A stretch of 64,000 bases of DNA from Nitrososphaerota archaeon. GTDB lineage: Archaea > Thermoproteota > EX4484-205 > JAAOZP01. Every line of letters starts with the position of its first letter. Position 1 is the stretch's first letter. The position numbers and the translations under genes were made by a program. Below are positions 56,406 to 64,000 of this stretch, piece by piece. Below the pieces are notes generated by a model. That model worked only from the letters and a program-made list of their open reading frames with translations, was not told the origin of the DNA and did no database searches. Where the stretch lies: assembly GCA_011605725.1 (NCBI GenBank), contig JAAOZP010000010.1, positions 20,973 through 84,972 on the forward strand. The letters run 5' to 3'.

Positions 56406-57596
56406 TTGAAGAAGTCTTTTCACATGGAGGACTTCCAGTTTCAATGTCCCACTAGAATCGTTTTCGGCAGGGGTGTTGAAAACCTGGTCGGGGAAGAGGT
56501 GAAGAAATACAGCGATAAGGTTCTTTTTCACTATGGTGGCGGAAGCATAAAGAGAATAGGTCTCTACGACAGGGTTGTCGAATCTTTGAAAGGTGCCGGC
56601 GTCAGGTTTATCGAGCTTCCGGGTGTTAAGCCTAATCCTCGTTTAAGCCTTGTTAGAAAGGGAATAGAGGTCTGTAGGAGTAATGGTGTAGATTTCATAC
56701 TGGCGGTTGGAGGCGGAAGCGTCATCGACTCTGCTAAAGCCATAAGCGTAGGCGTTCCCTATAGAGGTGACGTGTGGGATTTCTATGTTGACAGTGTGGA
56801 GCCGGCGGAGGCGCTGCCCGTCGGGGTGGTTTTAACTATACCTGGGGCAGGGAGTGAGGCGAGCAGCAGCTCGGTTATCACGAATGAGGAGGATTGGCGT
56901 AAGCTTTCGCTCACAACTGAGCTCATACGCCCCAGGTTCGCGCTGATGAATCCCGAGATTACTTTTTCAGTACCTCCCTACTATACTGCTTGCGGAGCAG
57001 CTGATATAATGGCTCACGTCATGGAGCGGTATTTCACTAACGTTCGGCACGCAGACCTGACTGACAGGCTTTGTGAAGCAACTTTAAAAACCGTGATCAG
57101 GAATGTTCCAATAGCATTAACCGAGCCTGATAACTATGATGCTCGGGCTGAAATAATGTGGGCTAGCACTGTTGCGCACAATGATCTTCTTGGGACAGGC
57201 CGAGTAGGAGACTGGGCTACGCACATAATAGAGCATGAGCTCAGCGGTCTATACGACGTGCCGCATGGGGCTGGGCTGGCCGTATTGTTTCCAAGCTGGA
57301 TGAGACACGTTTATAAGCACCGCTTAGACATATTCATGCAGTTCGCCGTTAGAGTCTGGAACGTTGAACCCGACTTCCAGGATCCTGAGAAAACTGCGCT
57401 CGAAGGCATAGAGAGGCTGAAAGCATTCTTCAGGCGGATAGGGCTTCCGACAACTCTAAGGGAACTCGGTGTTCGCGACGACAGGCTTGAGGAGATGGCT
57501 CTCAGATGTACTAATTCAGGAGCCTCGAGAATAGGGAGCTTCGTGAAACTGGGAAAGGAAGATGTCTTAAGTATTCTGAGAAATGCTAGGGAATAA
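56406..57596 (+). CDS. Iron-containing (group III) alcohol dehydrogenase
   Basis: PTRIVFGRG, LAVGGGSVIDSAKA, and the HxxxH region ATHIIEHELSGLYDVPHGAGLA. The start is either 56406 or the ATG at 56424. Confidence 0.9.
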   Translation: MKKSFHMEDFQFQCPTRIVFGRGVENLVGEEVKKYSDKVLFHYGGGSIKRIGLYDRVVESLKGAGVRFIELPGVKPNPRLSLVRKGIEVCRSNGVDFILAVGGGSVIDSAKAISVGVPYRGDVWDFYVDSVEPAEALPVGVVLTIPGAGSEASSSSVITNEEDWRKLSLTTELIRPRFALMNPEITFSVPPYYTACGAADIMAHVMERYFTNVRHADLTDRLCEATLKTVIRNVPIALTEPDNYDARAEIMWASTVAHNDLLGTGRVGDWATHIIEHELSGLYDVPHGAGLAVLFPSWMRHVYKHRLDIFMQFAVRVWNVEPDFQDPEKTALEGIERLKAFFRRIGLPTTLRELGVRDDRLEEMALRCTNSGASRIGSFVKLGKEDVLSILRNARE

Positions 57597-57602
57597 CCCT
57601 GG

Positions 57603-58817
57603 CTAACGCTTCTTCCCCAGGAGACCGTTCGCCCTATCGATGGGGTCCTGGTATTTTGAAATCCTGCCGTTTAGAACATCCCTGTACCTTACAGCTGCAT
57701 GAAGCTTAGCAGACTCGTAAATGGCTTCCGCTATTGCTTTCGCCCTCATCCCGTCTTCACCATCAACCTCAGGCCTTCTTCTTTTCTGAACAGCTTCAAG
57801 AAAATCGTAGCACTCCAGTGTAATCCCGTCTGTAAATCCATGTGGGAAAAGTCTGTTCCTTCTTTCTTCACCTATGCTTTTTAAGAATTCTTCTCTAAGC
57901 TCGAGCATGGTGCGTTGAGTCCCATCCTTAAGAATGAGCACAGCATTGTCGAAGGGACCGTGGAAGACATCACCCGCGTCGAGAAGACATCCTTCAGACC
58001 CATAGTAAACCACCTTCGTAAAAGAGTGACCAGGCGCAGCCATAGTCCAGCTCCATGTTCCGATGAGACCGTTTTCGAAGCTTATTAGCGCAACCCAGCT
58101 ATCCTCCACCTCGCTGTAGAAAATTTCCCCCTGCTTATCGTGAGGCCATTTTTCAAATTGCCCTACGAAGGCATAGACCGTATCAACCTCCCCAAAGAAA
58201 TATCTCATCGAGTCGCAGAAGTGGGCTCCGCTATCCATGACTAGTCCTCCCCCACTCATGTTCTTCTCGATTCTCCAATGCCACTTCTTAGTATTCAAAG
58301 GGTTGCTCCAAGAAGCATGGATCGCATAGAACATTCTAGGTTTGCCTATGAGATTAGCCTCGTTAATAAGCCAATGCATAGTTCTCTGGTTCACCCCACG
58401 GCGTATGTTTTCTGCTGTCGCAACAATCCTTCCATACTTCTTTCCCGCAGCTATTATCATCTTGCTTGCCCTTATAGTCACCCCGAAAGGTTTCTCAACC
58501 ATCACGTCCGCTCCGAACTTTAAACATTCCACAGCGACCCTGTGATGCTCACAGTGAGGGGTGCATATATCGACAGCCCCAGGTTTAACTGTCTTAAGCA
58601 TTTTCCTCGTATCTAGAAAGGTTAGGGGCCTGTAACCGAGGAGCTTCTCAACCTCGTCAGCAAAGGCATTGACAGAATCCTCCAAAACATCGTTTAAAGC
58701 AACAAGCCTGAATTTCCCAGGCTCCTTCTCGTTAATCCTTGCATACCCCTTCAAGTGTTCCCGAGCTATTCCTCCACAACCAGCAATAGCGAGGTTAACT
58801 GTCTTATTCCCTGCCAT
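57603..58817 (-). CDS. Gfo/Idh/MocA-family oxidoreductase
   Basis: VNLAIAGCGGIAREHLKGY, VDICTPHCEH and VMVEKPF. Confidence 0.85.
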   Translation of the reverse strand: MAGNKTVNLAIAGCGGIAREHLKGYARINEKEPGKFRLVALNDVLEDSVNAFADEVEKLLGYRPLTFLDTRKMLKTVKPGAVDICTPHCEHHRVAVECLKFGADVMVEKPFGVTIRASKMIIAAGKKYGRIVATAENIRRGVNQRTMHWLINEANLIGKPRMFYAIHASWSNPLNTKKWHWRIEKNMSGGGLVMDSGAHFCDSMRYFFGEVDTVYAFVGQFEKWPHDKQGEIFYSEVEDSWVALISFENGLIGTWSWTMAAPGHSFTKVVYYGSEGCLLDAGDVFHGPFDNAVLILKDGTQRTMLELREEFLKSIGEERRNRLFPHGFTDGITLECYDFLEAVQKRRRPEVDGEDGMRAKAIAEAIYESAKLHAAVRYRDVLNGRISKYQDPIDRANGLLGKKR

Positions 58818-58974
58818 GATTCCTCGTGTTCACCGCGCTTTGAAAAATATATACGCTTTTCCAGTTATGGTCTTGGCAGGGAATAAGGTCTAGCTAGGAG
58901 GACTTATAAAGCAGCGTAACCTTAATATCTACCTGCCTAACGAACCAGCATACTATAGAAAAGGGATCGAGTAG

Positions 58975-59376
58975 ATGAGCATGATAATGTTTAGAGAGGT
59001 GGATTCGCTTAGCAGGGAATACGAGGAGGCTCTCAAGCATATTGAAACCGGCAAAAACATTAAGACAGGCGGGGCTCTAGTCACGTTCCCAGACAAGGAG
59101 CGGAACCTTTGCGAGCTTTCAGCGACATACATGGTAAAACTGGGCAGGTTCTCCAAGGAGCAGAGGGTGGTAGTTACGCTCACTTTTAAGAAAGATAGTA
59201 ACGGTGTCTATTCGGCAAATATTGAAGACTCCGTGTTCCACGTGGTTCAGGAGGAGAAGGGCGGGCTGAAAGAGGTTTGGAGCGGAAGACTAAGGGAAGC
59301 AATGGATAAGCTGGGAGAAGTAGCTAGGATTCATGTAAACGTAATGTCGAATCTCTCAAGCAAGTCTTCACCCTGA
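58975..59376 (+). CDS. Hypothetical protein (133 aa)
   Basis: ORF only. Confidence 0.35.
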   Translation: MSMIMFREVDSLSREYEEALKHIETGKNIKTGGALVTFPDKERNLCELSATYMVKLGRFSKEQRVVVTLTFKKDSNGVYSANIEDSVFHVVQEEKGGLKEVWSGRLREAMDKLGEVARIHVNVMSNLSSKSSP

Positions 59377-59498
59377 TTTAAACACTAATCCTTAATGCAC
59401 GATGAGCCTCCTCCGTTTAGGCTTATTTCCCGAGATATATTAATCATTAGCGTTGGAGAATCATTACATGCTTTAAGTGGCTTTGGACAGGATCATGC

Positions 59499-59543
59499 GG
59501 ATTAGCATGTGCTATTAATTTAATATCAAGGATTAACATATGC
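59499..59543. repeat. Two 14-nt direct repeats (12/14 identical), start positions 31 nt apart, in the AT-rich leader of the ABC importer operon
   Basis: GGATTAGCATGTGC (59499-59512) and GGATTAACATATGC (59530-59543). Confidence 0.3.
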
Positions 59544-59553
59544 CTGAAGCATG

Positions 59554-59565
59554 GTTTCATGAAAC
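59554..59565. promoter_or_regulatory. Perfect 12-bp palindrome, candidate operator
   Basis: GTTTCATGAAAC lies about 210 nt upstream of the substrate-binding-protein start. Confidence 0.25.
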
Positions 59566-59744
59566 ATTAGAGGCCAGTCTCGTGTTTACAAATTTTTAAG
59601 AAAGACTTGGTTCACCTCTGAAGTCTATCCCTATATGTCTGTTCTCTTTATGGACACTTTCTGTCAATAGGTATATAATGATAATTCAATCTTCAAAGAA
59701 GATTATCTGAATCTTAATACTACGGGTTGTTGTAAGCAGAAAAC

Positions 59745-59752
59745 TTATATAT
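59745..59752 (+). promoter_or_regulatory. TATA-like box for the ABC importer operon
   Basis: TTATATAT lies 23-30 nt upstream of GTG 59775 and 35-42 nt upstream of the alternative ATG at 59787. Confidence 0.3.
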
Positions 59753-59774
59753 TTCCGTAGGACGTGCTGAAAAC

Positions 59775-62417
59775 GTGAGTGATAAAATGAGCCCGCGCTC
59801 GGTGGATTTTAAAAAATACGTTGCAATGTCAATCTTTTTGGCGACAGTAGCGCTTACTCAGTTGGCGATACCTGCTTCAGCTCAGCAAGTGCCAAACGGT
59901 GGTTGGCTGGATGAAATAATTTTCTTCAAAGAAAACGATGCAAACAAGATGTTTGACTTGATAGAAAAGGGGGAGGCGCATGAATGGCAGTGGGCTGCGC
60001 CTGTAGCTCTTATTGACAGGATAAAGGCTTCTGATAAGGTTGGATATGTTTCCTCCGCAGGGGTCTTTTACACGCTAGATGTTAATCCGTGTACTTTTAG
60101 AAGCGGCTTTAACCCGTTTGTAAACGCTAAAATGAGAGAAGCGCTAAACTACATCGTGGATAGAGAGTATCTTGCTTACACTATTATGAAGGGTGCTGGG
60201 AGGCCGAAGTATACGATACTTGTCTCCGGTTTTCCGGATTATGGTCAGATTATAGATGTTGCTAAAATGATTGAAAGCAAGTACAAGTTTAATCTTGATG
60301 CTGCTAAAGAAATAATCTACAAGGAAATGGCTGATATGGGAGCTGTTCTCAAAGACGGGAAATGGTACTATGAAGGCAAGGCGGTCACTATAAAATTCAT
60401 CATAAGGACTGAAGATGCGAGGAGAGATTTCGGTGACTTCATATCTTCACAGCTTGAAAAGCTTGGTTTCATCGTAGACAGGCAGTATAAACCAGCGTCG
60501 GAGGCCTTCCCCATTAGGTACGGCGGTGACGCGCGCGACGGTCTATGGCATCTCTACACCGGCGGGTATGAAGCAGGCTTCGACCAATCTGGGGACTTCT
60601 GGGGTTTCTTCGCGGGTGCTTATATAGAGCAGGGGGCTGTCCATGACCCGGTCTTTTCAGAAATTGCTAGAAGACTTTCCACAGCCGACTACACTTCTTT
60701 AGAGGAAAAACTAACCCTGATGAGGAAAGCATTGGTAATGTCTGTGGAAGACTCAACTTTCGTCGGTTTAGTTGATAGGCTTTCAATATTCATGGTTTCA
60801 AAGGACGTAGTGGCAGCATATCATCTTAGCGCCGGGCCTTGGAGAATGCCGTGGAGCAGAACTGTTAGGCTTAAAGACAAGGTTGGCGGAACAATAAAAG
60901 TAGGTGAACAGGACCTCCTCGTAGAGGAGATGAATCCTGTTGCACTTGGCGGATGGGTGTGGGATGCGGCTGTCTACATGCCGACGCAAGACTACGGATT
61001 CATGGAGGGTCCTTACACGGTTGCATTAATCCCGTTGAGAGTAAAGGAGTACAGTATTGAAGTGTCTAGAGGGGTAGCGATTAAGCAGACACCGGAGGTT
61101 AAAAAGGTTGACCAAGTAAGAGTTCCCCCTGACGCTATTGCTGCATGGGATGTTGTAAACAAGAAGTATGTCAATGTCGGGGAGAACAAGTATGCTAGAG
61201 CTAAGGTGACTTTAGTGTATGACTCTCCATTGGGTAAGTATCATGATAGTACTGACATAACTTTAGCAGACTTCATGTTCTGGTTCGCCCTGGGCTTTGA
61301 AAGAACAAGTAGTTCCAGCAAGATTTACGACGAGTCTGCTGTACCGGGATTTATAGCTACGATGAAGCAATTCATAGGTTTCAAGGTTATCCGTAGCAAC
61401 CCGGTGACTGTGGAAATCTATGTTAACATGACTCATATTGAGCCTACTCGTCTCGCTGACTGGGCAGCTCAACGCTTCACTCTATCAGGCTTTCCATACT
61501 TCCCATGGCACGACCTTGCTGTCGCAATTCTTGCTAGACAAGATGGAAAGCTTGGTTTCAGTGCTCTTGAAGCTAAGTCTCTTGGATGTGAAAGAGTCAA
61601 TTTTATGTACGGTCCAAGTATGACAATACTAAACGAGTATCTTGATAAAGCGATAAGAGAAAAATACGTACCTGAATGGATAAAGGATTATGTTACTCCG
61701 GATGAAGCGGTAGCAAGATACCAGAAGCTTAAAGAGTTCTATAACAAATATAAGCACTTCTGGGTTGGTTGCGGACCGTACTATTTATACTCCACCGATC
61801 CAGTGGGGAAGGTTGCAGTGTTAAAGGCTTTCAGAGAATACGTTTATAAGGCTGACAGGTTCGATTGGCTGCTGAAGGCATCAACTCCTGAAGCTTCTCT
61901 AAAAGTTCCTGAAAAGATTGTTCCAGGTATTGGGGCAAATATTACCGTAACCATTAGTTCAAAGGGAGAACCGTATCCGAGAAGCAATATAGAGAAAGTC
62001 ATGTATCTCATAACAGATCCAGCAGGCAACATGCTTTTAAGCGGTGTTGCAGGGGAAACCACTACTGAGGGGCTTTATCAAATAAGGCTTAATGAGACTG
62101 AAACTTCAAAACTGCCTCCTGGTACGCACACAGTAACCGTATATGCATTCAGCAATATTGTCGCAGTCCCGGGAAGCGGGGAAGCAACTATCGCAGTTAT
62201 ACCTCCTGCAAGCTACATAACGCTGGAGCTGAATAGGGTTAGGCAAGAGATGGAGGCAAGGCTATCCGCAATGGAAGCCTTGAACACTCAGGTCTCCAAT
62301 TTATCTTCTGAAGTAAACTCATTAAAGAGTACTTTAAACATGGCTGTAGGAGTAGGAGTTGTCGCGATAATAATTGCCATAGTGGCAGTAGTTCTTAGCA
62401 TAAGAAAGAAGCAATGA
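59775..62417 (+). CDS. ABC transporter substrate-binding protein, family 5 (oligopeptide/oligosaccharide type), with a C-terminal Ig-like/coiled-coil stalk and TM anchor
   Basis: Signal-like YVAMSIFLATVALTQLAIPASA and the family-5 motif region NPFVNAKMREALNYIVDREYLAYTIMKGAGRP. The C-terminus has EMEARLSAMEALNTQVSNLSSEVNSLKSTLN followed by the TM VGVGVVAIIIAIVAVVLSI. Confidence 0.8.
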   Translation: MSDKMSPRSVDFKKYVAMSIFLATVALTQLAIPASAQQVPNGGWLDEIIFFKENDANKMFDLIEKGEAHEWQWAAPVALIDRIKASDKVGYVSSAGVFYTLDVNPCTFRSGFNPFVNAKMREALNYIVDREYLAYTIMKGAGRPKYTILVSGFPDYGQIIDVAKMIESKYKFNLDAAKEIIYKEMADMGAVLKDGKWYYEGKAVTIKFIIRTEDARRDFGDFISSQLEKLGFIVDRQYKPASEAFPIRYGGDARDGLWHLYTGGYEAGFDQSGDFWGFFAGAYIEQGAVHDPVFSEIARRLSTADYTSLEEKLTLMRKALVMSVEDSTFVGLVDRLSIFMVSKDVVAAYHLSAGPWRMPWSRTVRLKDKVGGTIKVGEQDLLVEEMNPVALGGWVWDAAVYMPTQDYGFMEGPYTVALIPLRVKEYSIEVSRGVAIKQTPEVKKVDQVRVPPDAIAAWDVVNKKYVNVGENKYARAKVTLVYDSPLGKYHDSTDITLADFMFWFALGFERTSSSSKIYDESAVPGFIATMKQFIGFKVIRSNPVTVEIYVNMTHIEPTRLADWAAQRFTLSGFPYFPWHDLAVAILARQDGKLGFSALEAKSLGCERVNFMYGPSMTILNEYLDKAIREKYVPEWIKDYVTPDEAVARYQKLKEFYNKYKHFWVGCGPYYLYSTDPVGKVAVLKAFREYVYKADRFDWLLKASTPEASLKVPEKIVPGIGANITVTISSKGEPYPRSNIEKVMYLITDPAGNMLLSGVAGETTTEGLYQIRLNETETSKLPPGTHTVTVYAFSNIVAVPGSGEATIAVIPPASYITLELNRVRQEMEARLSAMEALNTQVSNLSSEVNSLKSTLNMAVGVGVVAIIIAIVAVVLSIRKKQ

Positions 62418-63535
62418 GAAAGCAAGATAAGAGTCCCTCCTTTTTTTCTGGCTTCTCTAAAAATGAATTTAAAAGGTTTTTAACCTACTTTGTAAAAAGG
62501 CTTTTTGCAGTACTTATATCAGTAACGATAACGTGTTACCTGACCATACTCATAGCTGAGATGGGTGGGTTTGTAGATACTGTTGTAATATCCCAGCTGA
62601 AGGATGAGATTAGAAACATGGTTAGAACCAGTCCGGAATATGCTTCACTATCTCCTCAGCAGCAGGAGGAGATAATAGCGATAAAGCTGAATCTAACTAT
62701 AAAGGAGCGGGGTCTGGACACGCCCTTCTACGTAAGATCACTCGTATACCTTAAGAATGCTCTAACATTAGATCTTGGCAGGGCAAACATACTTGTCAGC
62801 GACAGTGGCTCCAGAAGGGTGCAGGCAATAATATTTGAAAGGCTTCCTTACACCATTCTACTCTTCACAACCGCCACTGTTTTAGGCTTCTTCATAAACA
62901 TATTATTCGGATTATACTTAGCTCGTCACAGAGGTTCCCTCATGGATAGGATCATGGTTGGGCTTACATTCCTATCATCAATACCCGGATGGTTTTACGG
63001 AATAATCTTCATAATGATTTTTGCAATGTATCTCGGGGTCCTTCCTTATGGGGGTCTTGTTAGCATTCCTCCTCCCAGCGACCCGCTGCTTTATGCACTG
63101 GACATTTTGAAACATGCTCTTCTCCCGATTTTATCATGGCTTTTCTCAGGACTTTGGCTCGGGGTCTATGCGAACCGGAATTTCTTTCTCATATTCTCGA
63201 CACATGGTTACGTGACTGTTGCTGATGCAAAGGGGCTTCCTGAGAGAAGAATTCTTAGTAAATACATTATAAAGCCTGCTCTACCAACAATTGTCACGAA
63301 CCTGTCTCTAGGAATAATCGGTTCATGGATGGGTGCGATGGTTACTGAAAGCGTTTTCAACTGGCCTGGCATAGGAAGCCTAACTTACAAGGCTATAAAC
63401 CTTAAGGACACGCCAATAATAGTCGGTACAACAGTTATCTATGCTTATCTTCTAGGTTTAACTATGCTGATTCTTGATATAGTTTACAGTATTATTGACC
63501 CAAGAATAAGAACTGGCTTGTCAGGAGGGTATTGA
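62414..63535 (+). CDS. ABC transporter permease (DppB/OppB-like)
   Basis: Polytopic. LDTPFYVRSLVYLKNALTLDLGRA and a C-terminal DIVYSIIDPRIR. There is a 4-nt overlap with the SBP gene. Confidence 0.85.
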   Translation: MRKQDKSPSFFSGFSKNEFKRFLTYFVKRLFAVLISVTITCYLTILIAEMGGFVDTVVISQLKDEIRNMVRTSPEYASLSPQQQEEIIAIKLNLTIKERGLDTPFYVRSLVYLKNALTLDLGRANILVSDSGSRRVQAIIFERLPYTILLFTTATVLGFFINILFGLYLARHRGSLMDRIMVGLTFLSSIPGWFYGIIFIMIFAMYLGVLPYGGLVSIPPPSDPLLYALDILKHALLPILSWLFSGLWLGVYANRNFFLIFSTHGYVTVADAKGLPERRILSKYIIKPALPTIVTNLSLGIIGSWMGAMVTESVFNWPGIGSLTYKAINLKDTPIIVGTTVIYAYLLGLTMLILDIVYSIIDPRIRTGLSGGY

Positions 63536-63536
63536 A

Positions 63537-64000
63537 TTGTCTAAAATCAAGTCTGCATCAATGCGTTATGCGGTGTTAAGTGAACTATTTCGCTCCAAGA
63601 ATGCGATAATCGGTTTTTCTATAATAATTCTAGTTTCACTATTATCCGTTTATGCGGTGGTCCTCTATCCTCCTTCTATTGTCACTAGAATATGGAGTGA
63701 TCCTGAGTATTGGAGAGATAAACCAGTATTAGCACTACCGGAATGGTACAGCTCCCTCTTAGGACTCAACCTCCCTCCTAATATAGTTTTAGATACTAGG
63801 AAGCAGGACAGTAGGATCTTGAAATACACTGTTTCTTTAAACGAGTACACAGAGCATGAAATCACTTTTACGTTTAACTACGATTACGATGCTTTTCCAA
63901 GTGAAATAAATGCTTATGTTTATGCTAAATTCAAAACGAATCCTTTAATCGTCATGACTTTTATTCGGCCTGACGGAAGAGAAATAAACCTATGGTCAGG
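63537..64000 (+). CDS. ABC transporter permease 2 (DppC/OppC-like), 5' part only (runs off the window)
   Basis: Hand translation from TTG 63537 gives LSKIKSASMRYAVLSELFRSKNAIIGFSIIILVSLLSVYAVVLYPP..., followed by an extracytoplasmic segment. It is not in the ORF track because there is no in-window stop. Confidence 0.6.
   Translation, partial: MSKIKSASMRYAVLSELFRSKNAIIGFSIIILVSLLSVYAVVLYPPSIVTRIWSDPEYWRDKPVLALPEWYSSLLGLNLPPNIVLDTRKQDSRILKYTVSLNEYTEHEITFTFNYDYDAFPSEINAYVYAKFKTNPLIVMTFIRPDGREINLWS

Noticed and set aside
1-64000. Looked for CRISPR arrays, cas genes, transposases or IS ends, integrases, toxin-antitoxin pairs and rRNA/tRNA genes.
   Set aside because: None found. Every gap longer than 150 nt is a promoter-like AT-rich spacer, and all long ORFs are accounted for. 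The only mobile element I can support is the SMC intein.

Overview
This is a gene-dense archaeal chromosomal window, about 90% coding, and it looks like a TACK/Thermoproteota-type thermophile. The lineage call rests on a TFE-beta-like Fe-S winged-helix protein, an Hjc-type resolvase, SRP19/Gar1/S8e, archaeal ApgM, an NFACT protein, and many TATA-like boxes about 25-35 nt upstream of start codons. I found no rRNA, tRNA, CRISPR array or transposase. Contents from left to right: (1) a canonical SMC gene on the minus strand that runs off the left edge. It is absent from the ORF track, and its Walker A P-loop is split by a 162-aa mini-intein. (2) An informational cluster: rps8e-srp19-gar1, TFE-beta-like, rlmE, trm1. 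(3) Lipid and housekeeping genes, plus a short hinge-less SMC5/6-like ATPase. (4) A complete pyrimidine supercluster, carBA divergent from pyrF-E-B-K-C-D. (5) ilvE. (6) A MacB-type ABC module with a 734-aa sequon-rich surface protein. (7) A histidine operon, hisC-G-A-B-F-E-H-I, with no hisD. It is flanked by a divergent AbrB-ACT fusion protein and a co-directional XRE-type regulator. (8) SUI1, a nitroreductase and an orphan DNA-ligase-N-terminal-domain-like ORF. (9) A glycan-utilisation island: a membrane-anchored GH5 cellulase, a decayed GH5 paralog, oxidoreductases, an esterase, and an oligosaccharide/peptide-type ABC importer. The most interesting items are the SMC P-loop intein, the second short SMC-like ATPase, the AbrB-ACT candidate regulator, the orphan ligase DNA-binding domain and the ABC/surface-protein module. 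All homology calls come from motif recognition by eye, not from database searches.
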